From Podarcis liolepis (taxonomy: Eukaryota): a stretch of DNA of 64,000 bases. The stretch is taken from assembly GCA_965112155.1 (NCBI GenBank), contig OZ218109.1, one strand, 5' to 3'. Position 1 is the first letter of the stretch. Each line of letters begins with the position of its first letter. The notes beneath the pieces were generated by a model. It saw only the letters and a program-made list of their open reading frames with translations, searched no databases and was not told the DNA's origin. The position numbers and the translations under genes were made by a program. Below, one piece after another: positions 42,710 through 57,020 of this stretch.

Positions 42710-44337
42710 TGATGCTAAGCATGGTTACTTTAAGCTGCATAATATAGAAATTGAATGTAGAAATGTGTGAATCTGTGCAAAATGACTGAACTAATCTCTG
42801 AGAGCATAAATACTCTGCATGTATTCATATAAGCAACTAATATAGTTAGTTTCAGTTTTACAAAGAACCTGGTAGTGTAGGGTGGCAAAAAACCCCTAAA
42901 TATATACTACTGCATTTAACTACAATGATGGTGGTGGCAAAGTAATCCAGGCATCTTGTGTGATCGGTATTTTTAGAGGTTAGTAATTTGAATAAAACAG
43001 TGCAAGAACTGATCTTAAAACACTCAGAGTGGTTACAATTTTAACAGCTGAAATCTCCTAAATACTGCTTTTTACACCATTTCCCCACAATTTATATTAC
43101 AGTGTCATTGTCACTGTGACAATAATACCTCCCAAAATTAAAGTGAAAAATAAAATGGACATACTTGTCCTCTTAAACATTTATTGCTGGCTGTTCAAGG
43201 TTTAGGTCTCTGAGCCCTTATGCTCTGATCAAGCAGTACAATGAGGAGGAACTATGTTGATTTCATTAGGACTCCTCAAAGTTTTAAGTGATTTGCTGGA
43301 TTTTTGCCAGGGCTTCTGATGAGAGGCAATACTGAGCTGAAAAGAATCCCCTTTCCAAAGTTACAACTAGATCCAATATTTCTCTTGTTATCTCCAGAAT
43401 TACAGCAGAGAAGTCACAACTGAAGAAACTATATTTTAGAAAAGTATGCACATTTACAGGTGTGTGGGGGGGTGTAGGCGAGAGTTCATATGTCAATATA
43501 TTCAGTACTCCATATATGCAAATAATTTCTGTGTTGAAGGCTACTGCCAAGACAGGGCTTACATGTACTATATTGCTTTATATTTCTTCATCAACTACTA
43601 CATTTCATAATGTGCTTTTTAGACGCTTGAAAATATGCCTGCTGAATAATTGGCACTTAGTATAATTTGATCTGCCCAATAACAGCAATTCATGCCTCAT
43701 TTTAGGTCATAGGCTTTAATAAGCTCAAAGCTTCGTGTCCCATGCTCTCATGAGAGTTACTGAGAGATCATTAGCTATTGCTGACATCACAGTATGCTCT
43801 CTTCACAGGCATAATTGTTATTCCATTATAAGCATCCAGCAGAATGCAGAAAAGAATGCAGAAAATGCTGAATGGCACAGGTGCTTTTATATAAGTTTCT
43901 GGGATTTTGTTACCCTAAATTGAAAGGAGGTTCTGAAGTAACTTATATTTTAAGTAGGACAGCAAGCCACATAACTGCAAAGTAGTTAGTTTCATAGGCT
44001 TACAGTTTTTTAAAATTTTGGTTCTGTTGCTTTTGTTACGCATTATGATTGAGACAAAGATAGGCATATATGTACAAATATATAAATGTCTGATGGAGAC
44101 ACAAACACAGCAAACCATAACATTAGTTAACTCAGACCTTTTCTTCTAGCATGCTCTCATAGGTGGCTTGGCTTTGTGTCAGTTTGCCAGCTTGGGAGAA
44201 GATATCAACGCTACCTCTCTGGGGTGTACACTGGTATAGCACACTGGTGCCAGCTGGTGCTGATGGAGGAAATGAAAATGAGAGAGCTGCTGCAGCTCCT
44301 TTATGTTTCAGTTTTTTAATATATTTTTTTAAAAAAT

Positions 44338-44670
44338 AATTATTTATTAAATTTGTATACTGCCCTTCATCAGTAGATCACAGGGTGGTTCACAGCATAA
44401 AAATGTAAGATAAGATACAAAATACATAATAAAAACCAAACCAAACCATTGACCTCCCCCCCCCCCAACACATTTAAAAGGACATAGACTGTTAATAAGC
44501 CAAAGGCTTTGTCGAAGAGGAACTTTTTCGTCTGGCACCTACAGGTGTATAATGAAGGCGCCAGGCAAACCTCCCTGGAGAGAGCATTCCATAAGCAGGG
44601 AGCCACTGCAGAAAAGGCCCATTCTTGTGTTATTACCCTCCAAACCTCTCATAGAGGAGACGCATGGTTC
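44338..44670 (-). mobile_element. L2 LINE 3' end
   Basis: Minus-strand translation APCLWNALSREVCLAPSLYTCRCQTKKFLF resembles the L2 ORF2 end, followed by a typical tail. Confidence 0.8.
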
Positions 44671-45841
44671 TAAAAGTACCTTTAGATTGGAAAGACTCCT
44701 GAAACAAATGGTTTGGGGTGGCACGTTGCTGTCACCCTGCAGAGCCCCTTCTGGCATGTCTGCTGCTGCAGTTCATGTGCGCTCAGAGGATCAGGCTTTA
44801 AGTGTTACAAATGGAAAGCCTTCTTGAAACATTGCTTATTTGACAGCAAGACAAAGCTATTTTTATACATTTGTTGATGCCATTTAAAAGCTTTTGAGGG
44901 AAAAGTACTTAGTGGAAAAACTTCAGTCTTTGTTTCTAAATCAGCCAAAAATGAAATGCCTTGAAGAATTGGAAAGCCCAGATAAAAAATGAAGTGAAAA
45001 TAGTGTTCTGTAACGCTAGAGTAATTTCTCAAACACTTACAGGATGTTGAACAAGAAGGCATTACCTAAGCTAAATCTTACTTTCTGGAACTTAAGCCTT
45101 TTGTGTTTCTCTCAAAGGGAGTGCACATCAGTGTATTAGAATTTTCTTCATTACAGCTTTCCAGGAAAGCAAAAATTGCTGTGATCTTAAAGCAAAGTCG
45201 GTATTTTTGCATCACTCTTCTCTTTTGTCAGTATTTTCTTTGAAGTGTGATGCCTCTAACTTTGGAAATCACAATTTAATCTGTGTACTTCTTTTTTAAC
45301 AACTTATTTACTGTGTTTGAAAGAATTACTTGCTATGTTAATCAAGGCTGATGAGATGGTAGATGAACAGTGGGATGAATAGGCTGTCAGTAATTCACTT
45401 CTAATGAATGACATGTCTACGGTGAGACCATCATAAAGTTTGATATTTCTTTTTAGAAAGATTCCCAGTGAAAATGTAAGTTATAAGGGGAAAAAAGACT
45501 GCAAAACTGTTTTGTAGAAAACATGGAAGAGCTTCACTGCTTTCTTTCAACTCTTTCTACCCTGAAAGCAATAATAAACTCTCCTTAAGAAAAGAGAAAC
45601 TAGTTCATGGAAAAAATGAAGTCTGAGTTGACCCCTTAAATTACTGTTGCCTGCCCTTTATGACAAGATCCCAGGGGACTGTGCTTTAAAATTAGTGTTT
45701 GTGGGGTTTTTCCTCTCTTGATGTTGTTGAGGGGGGGGATTTTAATTGTCTTTAATTGTAATAGGGATAGTCCTAAGCTGTGTGACATTTCCTGTCTCTT
45801 TTGAAATTGCAAAATGTCTTGTTCTTGTTTCCTTTAATATA

Positions 45842-46027
45842 AAAATGTAAAGGGACCCCTGGCCATTACGTCCAGTCACGTTCCTATTTATCTACTTGCA
45901 CTTTGATGTGCTTTCGAACTGCTAGGTTGGCAGGAGCAGGGACTGAGCAACAGGGATTCGAACCGCTGACCTTCTGATCGGCAAGCCCTAGGCTCCGTGG
46001 TTTAGACGACAGCGCCACCCGCGTCCC
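45842..46027 (-). mobile_element. Internally deleted Sauria SINE
   Basis: Both ends intact (head ...cagcgccacccgcgtccc on the + strand), TSD tttaatata at 45833-45841 and 46028-46036; about 186 bp versus about 350 bp for the full copy. Confidence 0.88.
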
Positions 46028-46235
46028 TTTAATATAGTTACTATTAAATAATGCCGAACCATTTGTTTAGTAAGCATAAATATCAGCATGTGGCCTAATG
46101 GCTGAAGTGTATCTAGCCTTGATGTTTATTTAAGGATATAGCTGCACGTTCAAGTGACTAGAATTTTCATGCAGTCTCTTGCACTAAATGAGGTGATGAA
46201 CAGCATGCCATTGTGTCACTTGCCTCCTTTTGTAA

Positions 46236-46604
<369 letters not shown>

Positions 46605-48533
46605 TAATTGGTTCATGGCTTGCTTTTGTTCTGCCGTACTGTCATTGTGCTTAAATCAGATTTTTGATTTCATTTTATTTTGTCGTGTTGGTGTGAACTG
46701 AAGACTGCTCATAATTGTTTTTGCTTGTTTACATTTGTTTTCCCTTTTGTTTGTGCAGTTTCACAAACATCTTCCATAAATGTCAGAAGGACACAGCAAA
46801 TGAGCTTAACTCTTTATGAAAGCTATAGTATGAAAAGTTAAGGAAAAGCATGAAGTGAATATTTTATAAAATAGTGTGAGAATTATTGGTGAAATAAGTG
46901 AATCCAGAGTTTGTGGTTGCGGTCTCACTTTTATTGGTCATTTAAAGGGTAAATTAGGAAGACAATGATATATTTGAGTCTAGTGTACAAAATACTATGG
47001 CAACAGAATGACTTGTGGGAATGAAATCAATGCTGGTCATGTTTCACTGTATGTATTTAACAGAGTAATCCTATGCATGTCTACTCAAAGTAAGCCCCAC
47101 TGAGTCCAATAGTAATTGATTCCTAGAAAAGTGAATATAGGTTTTTGTAGCCTTAAAAGTCTGGCAGCGTTCTCAGATTTTGGCAAAGTCAATGGTTTTT
47201 TGAATTTTGCAATTCTACTCAAGCATAAGGGTTGGTGGTGAACCCAGAATTCAGAATGATTAGATTCTTGGTTTTCGGTCTCCTTTTTTTAGATCTACAG
47301 TTATAGCCCTTAATGGCTGCAAACAGAAGCTTAGAAGCATATGGCCGATGCTTGGTGACAGTGCAGAAACCACAAGGAGTGGGGAGTGGTTTCAGTTTTC
47401 TGCAAAGCTGCTTGATTCACTTTATAACTATCAGGAGTAGAACAGATTATGCACAATCTGCAAATACATGTGTCTGTTTCTCTTATATACCCCTTTTCCT
47501 CCATGGAGCTGAAGGACACGTGGGACATTTCCAGCTGGTTTTCCATCTGCACACTGACCAGGCTCCTGGCTGCTTCGTCTCAGAAAAGTTGATGTACCAT
47601 GCTTTGGGATCATTATTTTGCTTGGTTTGTGGAATGAATGTAGGTTGTAGGATTGAATACGTGCATGTTTTTAACACTAGTTGTAGGCCTCCTGGTCAAA
47701 GTGAGCTGTTTTAAATTAAGAATAAAATAATGAAGTCTCCCGGTATACAGATTTTAAAAACAGCAGAAGGGGAGTTCTCCATTTAAGTATTGTAAAAAAA
47801 CAAAAAACGCCTTGTATTTTCCATCTTTCCCCCAATTATTTTTAGAGTGCTCCAGCTCTTTCCTCTTTTGTTTTCCATCTTCCATGCTAATTTCTGTTTC
47901 TGTTTTCTGGCCACATCCTGCCTTTATTTTTTCATATTCGTGCACATCATTTACAATTAAAGCATTTCCTCACATGCCTCATGTTTTTCTTTCCTTCACT
48001 TTCTTTCCCATTTGTAGCCCTGCCATTTTCTCTCTTTCATGAGGATTACAATGCATGGACACTTCCTCAACCCCAACATGTGATTTTGCTGTCTTGGGTC
48101 TAGTTTCTTTACTCAGTTGAAGCCAGACACAGAATATTTTTCCACAAAAAGGCAAGACATTCTTGAAATGCCAAAAAACCAAAAAAAGGTCTAGGGATTG
48201 TGACTTACACAAGGTGTCCTCCAGATCTTGGGACTACAATTCCCATTATCCATGACCATTGACTGTTAGTTGGAGCTGATGGGAATTGAAGTCCAAAAAC
48301 TTCTGGAGGAGAGATTTATAACCTGGCCTGCCTTTTGGATATATGCTTCATGGTAAACTAAGTAAAGATCATGATCTCACTTTGAATTTTAATTAAAATA
48401 AAATAAAAATATTCTATCCCACCCTTCATCATGAACAATCAATGCTAGGTGCAATAAAATAATGTAAAACTACCAGACATTCACAAATACTCATACAATA
48501 AAACAAGGACAGATAAAAAACAAATCAATAGAT

Positions 48534-48599
48534 TGTTGTTTTTGTCGTTGTTTAGTCGTGTCCGACTCTTCGTGACCCCATGGACCAGAGCACGCCAGG
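48534..48599 (-). mobile_element. Very short BovB 3' terminal insertion
   Basis: Reverse complement of the last ~55 nt of the 13067 copy plus (AAC) tail; TSD caatagat at 48526-48533 and 48600-48607. Confidence 0.88.
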
Positions 48600-49524
48600 C
48601 AATAGATAAACAGTCTATAATATATAAGCTATCTACATCTAAGCACCCAGTCTAGACACTAACAACCAGTAAATTTTTGGATGGTCAACCATCCTTTCAA
48701 CTGGTATTCAAAGGAAACAAACAAACAAAAAGTCCATTATTGTCACTTTCACATACTAGAAATTGGGTTAGCCAACGAGATATCCTCTCTGTGTTTTGGA
48801 CTACAGCTCCCATCAGCCCCAGCCAGCATGGCCAATGATCAGGGATGACGGCAATTGTAATAAAAAGAAATGTGGAGGGCACCATGCTGGCTACCACTAT
48901 ATTAGCGCTTTGCCACCACAGATCTTACATACCCCAGCCCTTTTTCCAAATTCGATGTTGCCTTTTATATAGCTAAAACTCAAGTATTCAGCCCACCAAA
49001 CCCAGAGGTACTAGGCTAAATCACCTCTAGAAAATTCCAGGTTTCCTTAGTTTCATGCTCACAGACCTCATTCAAATGCTTGTTGAATGATTAACATTTG
49101 TTAGTTGGGGGGGGGGGATAATATTCTGCAGAACTGTAAGTCCATGTCTGTGCATTTTGCCTGTAGCCATTAAGATATGTTTCAGCAATGTCAGCACTTG
49201 GTTTTACAGAGAGGGCTTCTCTTAATGGCGTCTGAAATGGTGAACACAGATAAGAGTTCTTTTGGAGTTGATGTGATAAGTGCATTTGATTGAAGGTCAC
49301 GGTTCTTCATGGTATCTACACCTGCACAGATCCAGCTTTGGGAATGCACTAGAGCAGAATGCCCGAAAAGTAGCATTCACATCTCCTCTTCCTAAAAGAG
49401 AGAGAGAGAGAAGTCTTGAAGGATTCACAAAACTCTCTTTTCGGTAGGCAGAGCTGCCACAATTATCATTATCTTGGGTTATCTGATAATGGCTGATTGC
49501 ATCAACAGTTTTAAGAACAGTTTT

Positions 49525-50205
49525 AAGAGCATATGAAGAGCAGTGTTGGATCAGAACAGAAGCCTGTCTAGTCCAGTCTGCTATGGTATTCAGAGGCATG
49601 GTGTTTCTGTTCTTGGAGGTAGCATATAGTCATCATAACTAGTGGCCATCACCTTACCCTCCATGCATTTGTCTCATCCCCTTTTAAAGCTGCATGTTGG
49701 TGGCTATCTCCACAACTTGCAGTAGCAAATTCCATGGTTCAACTGTTAGGTGAAAAAGTACTTCTCTTTGTCCTGATAACGGAAAAGCTGTAACATTTCC
49801 TCGTATAGAACTGACAATTTTGGTTACCCTTTGCCTCTCTCTCCAATGTCCTTTCTGAAGTGTGATGACCAGAATTGTGTAATAATAATAAATAAAAATA
49901 CACCATGAACTCAAGATCCTTTTCCTGGCCAGTCACCATCAGCTCAAACTGCATCAGGATGTATGTGAAATTAGGATGTTTTATCCGGATGTGTTTCATT
50001 TTACGCTAACATTCAACTCCATTCATCATTTTTATGCCCAATCAGCGAGTTTGGAGAGTTCATTTTTGAGCTTTCGGCACCCCTCTTTTGTTCTCCCCAC
50101 CTTGAATAATTGGTTATTGCCCACTAACTGAGCTTCCTCCTTCCTCACCTCTCACTCCAGATGATTTGCACTGGTCCCAGTTTAGATCATTGGGGATCTG
50201 TATTT
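49525..50205 (-). mobile_element. Decayed CR1 LINE fragments
   Basis: CR1-like tail (taagagc...ttggatcaga...tctagtccag) and degenerate ORF2 (WNLLLQVVEIATN; YYYTILVITLQKG). Confidence 0.7.
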
Positions 50206-53200
50206 TTGGGTTAGCCAGTTTCTGATGTGGTTACAACTTTAATTGCTGTACATGCTACCTTAGGATGAATCTGATACTTATTTTCACAGATGGTTACCTG
50301 TTAACAGGTACCTCTGGAACAAGGCACAGTTTGATAAAAGGCTGTGCAGATTGCTCACTAGTTCAGTGGTCCCTTAAAATGTACATTTGCCCCATCAATT
50401 GTGTTGTGTGCTTAATTGAGTACAGAAAAATAACGGAGCATTGAATAAAATAATTATTTTGGTTTGTATGCTAGACCATGTGTGATTTCCCCCCCATGCA
50501 TTGTGATATTGCTAAATGTAGATAAGGTACTGCAGAACACTACGTTTTCCAGTTAACTTAAACAGATAATCTATTTTTTCAGAAAAGAAGGCTTGTTGAT
50601 ATCAACCCAGACAGTATGCACTAGCTCCAGGAAGATTTCTGGATGAAGTGTTCTTAAATCTCTGAACAATAGTTAAAGAAGTATGGCCAACTGTACTTTC
50701 TGCTTTGTTTCAACTGTTGAAAATCACTGGCTCTGTTTTAATTAAGGTGGTGGGAGGGTGTCAATTGTTACACCTTTCCTACCTAACCTATTCTATCAGG
50801 CCAAACACTGATTCTATCAGGCCAACACTGGCAATCTTTCAGTTGTGGAAAACAGTTGCCAAGTTTGTTTATTCAGTCATAGGTATTTGTACCACATATG
50901 CAGAATTCGCAACTTTATAGAAACATGGGGAAATTACTAAAGTAGATTGATCTAGGTTGGCATTGTACTGTCTGTTATGAAGCTACAGAAATGTGTATTG
51001 GAGTACACAATCACAATATAATATTGATTATCAGAAATGTGTGTTTTAAAATACTTTTTTATTAGGAAGAAAGCCAGACTAATCATTGTTAGTGATTATA
51101 ATTTGATCCTGGCCTACTGTACTGGAAAAGCATCTTTGGTACCACATTTAGTGGTAGTTCACAACTTGTTTGCATAACAGAGCTGGCAATTCCTTTTATT
51201 GTTGAATATTTCCCCCACTTCGCGTTCTAGAGTTGAAGTTCCCAAACTTCTGATGTGAATCCCACCTTTGGCGGTTTAATCTCTGTTCAAGCCATCTGCC
51301 ACCTCTTATTTTAGGGCTCTTCTGTGATGGTTCAACCTAAGCAGTTGATTAATGTACTGTATCAGTGTTTTGGAAGGAGACCATTTCAAGTTTGAATGTC
51401 TTATGCTAAAAAGGCATTTAAAATAATGCCCAAAGGTTCCGTGCTCTGTTGTTCCCTGTCATAGGGCTTGTTTTCTTCTCCAGCTAAATTTCCATTATAC
51501 TTTTCAGTCGTAAATCAGCTTTAAGCTGGACCTGACTGTGTTTCTGAATAAAAAATGGAAGTTAATAATTGATCAAGCATGGGGAGAGCTAACCTGCTGG
51601 CCAGACACAGACCTGCTTTACATTTCTAAAGCATCTTTTCTTTTCTGTCTAAGTCTGCGCTTTGACCACAGGCTCCACTGCCGCTCTTTGGATCAGATCA
51701 GCTGTTTACTTTACATTTCTATAAAGAGCTGCTTAAATAGGTTGAAATTTTCAAAAGAAAATGAACATAAAGTCTGCAAAGGGAACCCATGGTCTGCTTT
51801 GGGATGGGAGAGTGATCTTGCACAGCAGGGGGTGGAGAAAATGTTAATGGCACCTGTTGTGTGTGTGGAGAAGGGGAGGTGAGGAAGGGCCCAGCCCGCC
51901 GTGTGATTAGAAGCAGTTTTATTGCATTAGAAGTGCCAGCTCCACAGGGTGCCAGTGATTAGAATTCAGTTTGGTGACCCCATGTGCTATTTACAGCTGG
52001 AGGGTTCAGTTTTGAGACCTTGCTCCACAAAGAAAGATACTGGTTTTCAGCCTTTACTTTCTGAATTTTTAAATTAAATTTCACTTCTGATAAGTAAAAA
52101 TTAAAAAAACAACCAGCCTTTGACACTGTTTGCTAGCCATCTGTTGAGCACAGCGCCTCTCAAGTTACTGAAGACTTTGCTCACTACTCTGTGGTTCCTC
52201 CAGGGTTAGTTTTTTAGGACTAGCTTTATGTGAAAAATTAAATTTTGAATACTTCAAGGGGGGCTCAGGGAACATACAGGGTTGAATACACACAGGAAAG
52301 AAAGGAGGGAAGTTTGTGTGTTATATATGCTTAGGGAACGGAAGGATATAGAAATGAGCCCGTAGGCATTTCATAGTCTTTACCCAGTGTAATTGGTCAC
52401 TGGATTATGTTAGAATGATTTAATTGAGCTGTATAGGTAAAAAGTTATTACCAGCAAATTCCAGTGAACCATCCAATTCTGGTATTTTTGTGGGTCTATT
52501 CAGAGCAAACTTTGATTTCGAAACCACAGAGGAAGACATTTAAGGGGGAAAAGGAAAACAGCAAAAGAAATGAGACTCAACTTTTCAAAAAACAACAATG
52601 GTTAGAACTTGTGTTTATCCTTTTATGGCTTTTACTACTAGCTCTCAGAGAACTTTAGAAAGTTGTTGTTGGCAGTTCCTCACACTCCTACTTGTTTTAG
52701 AATACTAATAGTTCCATAGAGGGAATGCAGTATCACCCTAGATAGTATTAATGTTGTTTACGTGGCCATGTATCCTAGGATGAGAAAGCGATCAATCTCT
52801 ACGGCCCTTTCTCACCTAGCAGCCATCAGGATATCTGGAAAGTCCCCACCCCAAGTATTATTTATTTAAGAAATTTTATATACCGCTTATCTGTAGGAAA
52901 AAAAGAAACACTCCCAAAGCGGTTTACAACTAGTCATAAGAACTGTAACCCCCTCCCTCTTGCCTTGTGTGTCTCTTTAGATTGTAAGCCTTAGGGCAGG
53001 GATTGTCTTAGCTGTGGGTTGTTGCAAGCCTCTCTGAGAGTTTTGTTGACTTAATGAGGGGGTTACAGATTGTGTTTTAAATAATAAATCATGAGTCCCC
53101 AGCTTTATAATAATTTTATATATAATAATTTATATATAATAGTAGGCTAAGTGTTGCCTACTCCTTCGCAACTCCTTTTTTTAATTTAAAAAAAAGCCCT

Positions 53201-54132
53201 ATTCCATTACTACAGTGTATGAACAAATTTGAGCTTTTGGTGAGTTCAGGACTTACAACCACAAGATACGGAAAAAAGTAAAAAGGCTCTGAGAGGTGCC
53301 TGTTTCAGCCTTTTGATCTTAAAAAGTGTAAATGTTTTAGGCCATTGTCTGAAGAAGAAACATATGCAGGACAGCTAGGAATGTAGGGGTGCTGTCCAGC
53401 TTGTCTCATGTAAGTCCACTGGTGAATTTTAGGAGGTAGAATGGCGCCCGAGCTCTTTGTAGGTTTCTGCTGTTGTGATAAATGGTATTCCAAGGTGAAA
53501 GAAGGGTTACCAGGAACAGCTGTACCAATGTGTCAGCCATGAAAAGCAGGGATGCAGAGAATGAATAGCCCTTTCCTGAGTTCCAAAGCTCACATACACA
53601 GCAGATTGAAGATCAGCATCTGCATTATATATGCCTTTGGTTTTGTTTCTTTTTTGGTCTTTTCTGTGGGTGACATTACTGTGGACAATATTTCTAATGG
53701 CTTCATATTTCAAAAGCTGCTTACGAGCACTTTCCAATTATTGTGTTTATGCTTTGACAAGACACAACGGAACTTTACGTTATCATTAACCACTTGCCCT
53801 TCTTTGCATATGCTGTACATGTTGCCCTGATCATTTACATTTTTGAAATGCATAATAAAGAACTTATTTGTTTCCAGGATTACAGCTCTGCTTTATTCAG
53901 TCTGTAACATTCTGGATAAAAATATCCTCCCATTATGTGCTGCTGTATGGTAGATTACTGCTCCTCTAAAGCTTTTATTCAGGAGAAATGTGCTCTACCA
54001 GAGTGTTGGATATAGCCTGCAATAAAAGAAGCTTTGTGACTTGAAACAAACTGGCATTAGCAGTGAAGTTGTGCAAAAGCCATCGTGTTTGGAAATCAAA
54101 TTTAATTAAAAAGCACTCTCAATCCCTAGTAA

Positions 54133-54276
<144 letters not shown>

Positions 54277-55231
54277 TAAGTAATGCCTTTTATATCAGCT
54301 GGATCTGCAAATGCAGGAAACCTTTTTACTGGACCTTTTCAACTGCAGATGAATAAACTACTCCAGCTGATGAGGTTTCTCCCCCCTTCTTCTTCTTTCA
54401 GGAGCAAACCACTCTTGCCAATTTTGCACAGGCAAGAAGTTGAAGTGTTCCTGTCAGCTTGCGGGGGGCGGGGCGGGAATGCAACCTATTTGTTCTTGAC
54501 CACATGACCCAGATGTATAAAAGCACAACTGAGGAGGAAATGCAAGCAGAGCTATGGCTTCTTCAGGGTTCTAAAAAGTATTTTCCAGCATGAGTAAAGC
54601 TGTCTTTATAATGATACCAGTTCAGCTTTATTTTTTTAGCCTCTGAAGCTGTGAATAACAGCCGTGACCAGATTATTTTGGTAGCATTTGAGTTTTGGTG
54701 TTGTTTTTTTTAATTGAGCTATGTGTTTTGGGGAGTGGGGGAGAGAACACAGTATGTAAGTACATACATGCAGAAATATCTTAAAGTTTGGCCAGTTTTC
54801 TCTCCTGCTTTGCTGTACAAGGAAATAGCATGGGACTAATTTAGACTAGGACGGCATAGACATATTGCTTGGGAAAATAGCTGAAGCCAGATGCTGGTAA
54901 AAAATGCTTCCGGATCATTAATAGAAGATTCTAAAGTGAATGTAGATGCTTTGCTGGACAAAATAGAGATAAAGAAAAAAGGACATTGTGCTATCATTTC
55001 ATGTGTGTTTGCTACAGTGAGTTTTCTATTGATAAACAGCACATTGATGGATTTCTGATATGGTTTGTGCATCTGAATCCTTTAGGGAAGGGAATTGTGG
55101 AAAAGTCTTACCTCTCTGGTTGCTTTTTGCATGTATATTGTTTGTTGCTGTGGATCAGTCAGCTGACTACCAATATGGAAGATGTTTGCCCATTTGTCAA
55201 ATAATCCCATTTCTTGTCACTCACATTCTAG

Positions 55232-55672
<441 letters not shown>

Positions 55673-56938
55673 ATGATAATCTAGATGAGCAAAGGCAGAG
55701 GGACGGTCTAAAACTCAACTGCATGAGTGGCACTTTTCTGGAACAAAACAAAGCTACTTATCAGCATCTTTCTGCATTTCAGCACTGTTCTTGGCAGGGA
55801 CAAAAATGCATTCAGCATTTTTGTGTTTGTGTGTGAGTTTGCAGGGGGGGGCGCAGAATGCTTGCAGAATCTGTGTATCATTAAGCATTTTAAGTGGAGA
55901 CTATGCATTTCATAGAATGTTTGACCAGATTAGTACTTTGTCCTGTGTTCTGTTTCAAATTCTACAGTATAAATAAGCTCTATATCAAACAAAGGTTGCC
56001 TGTCTAAATAGAAAATGTCTTGCTGTGTTGTATTCTATGGAAAATACTGTACTTCAGGATTATGTTTACAATTTATCCAGGTATTTATGTTTTGAACTTC
56101 TGTAATACATACAATGCAAAAAAAAAAAATATGGCCACAACAGTTGCACAGTGTCCCCACCCTATATGGCCTAGCTTCAGGTACTTCTCACGAAGTCTAA
56201 ACTCAGGTAACTTGGAATGTATATCATATTGGGATATAAAATATTTTACAGCTAAAAAGCTAAAGAGGGATCATCACTCTTCTGCCTTTCCTTATTTTAT
56301 GCATTAATATTTCCTCATTACATTCCACTTTCTTGGAAAAAGTGCATTCAGATCTAGGGGGATATGAACCCTGGACATGGGTGAACATGAGGAGAACCAG
56401 CAAATCTGTGGTGTGCTGCATCACATTGTCATGTGGTTACAAGTAAAACAAAAAACTGTTGCATTTGCCATCGTTTCAGCGTGTAAATTGTGGCATTTTA
56501 AAGTTTCAGGTGTTTGCACAGTTAATGACTGTTAAGCTGTTGTGAATAAAGTGTTCAGTTTTAGGCTGCACATAAGAAACATTCCATGACGTGTGTGTGA
56601 GAGAGAGGCTCTAAGGCAAGAATGTTTTCGTTTAATTTCAGCAAATTCATTCCCCCCTCCCGGCAGGTTTCAGAGGGGGTGGGTGGGAATTTCCTCACGC
56701 GTTTGCATTGGCAAGTTATAAGGACGTGAAATGCTACTGTTACCATTTTAGGAGTCTTAATTAATGTTTAGTTTCTCTTTTGGAGGAAATGTTCCATTCA
56801 CATGCTGGTTGCAAAAAAAAATAATTATCTCGGGTTTTTGACAAGCAATGATCGGTGAACTTTGTTTTATTTGTACAGTGGGTATTTTGCATCTGAACTT
56901 TAAAAAAAAATCTCTTAAAGCGGCTATGAGGTTTTGTA

Positions 56939-56972
56939 GAAAAAAACAAAAACAAAAAAAGAAAGAAAGAAA

Positions 56973-57004
<32 letters not shown>

Positions 57005-57020
57005 GAAAGAAAGAAAGAAG
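56939..57020 (+). repeat. A-rich / (GAAA)n simple repeat inside the 3' UTR
   Basis: Read directly from the sequence. Confidence 0.9.

Noticed and set aside
50790-50830. Short tandem duplications (21 bp here; also near 49504-49527 and 62509-62533)
   Set aside because: Ordinary replication-slippage products in non-coding DNA.
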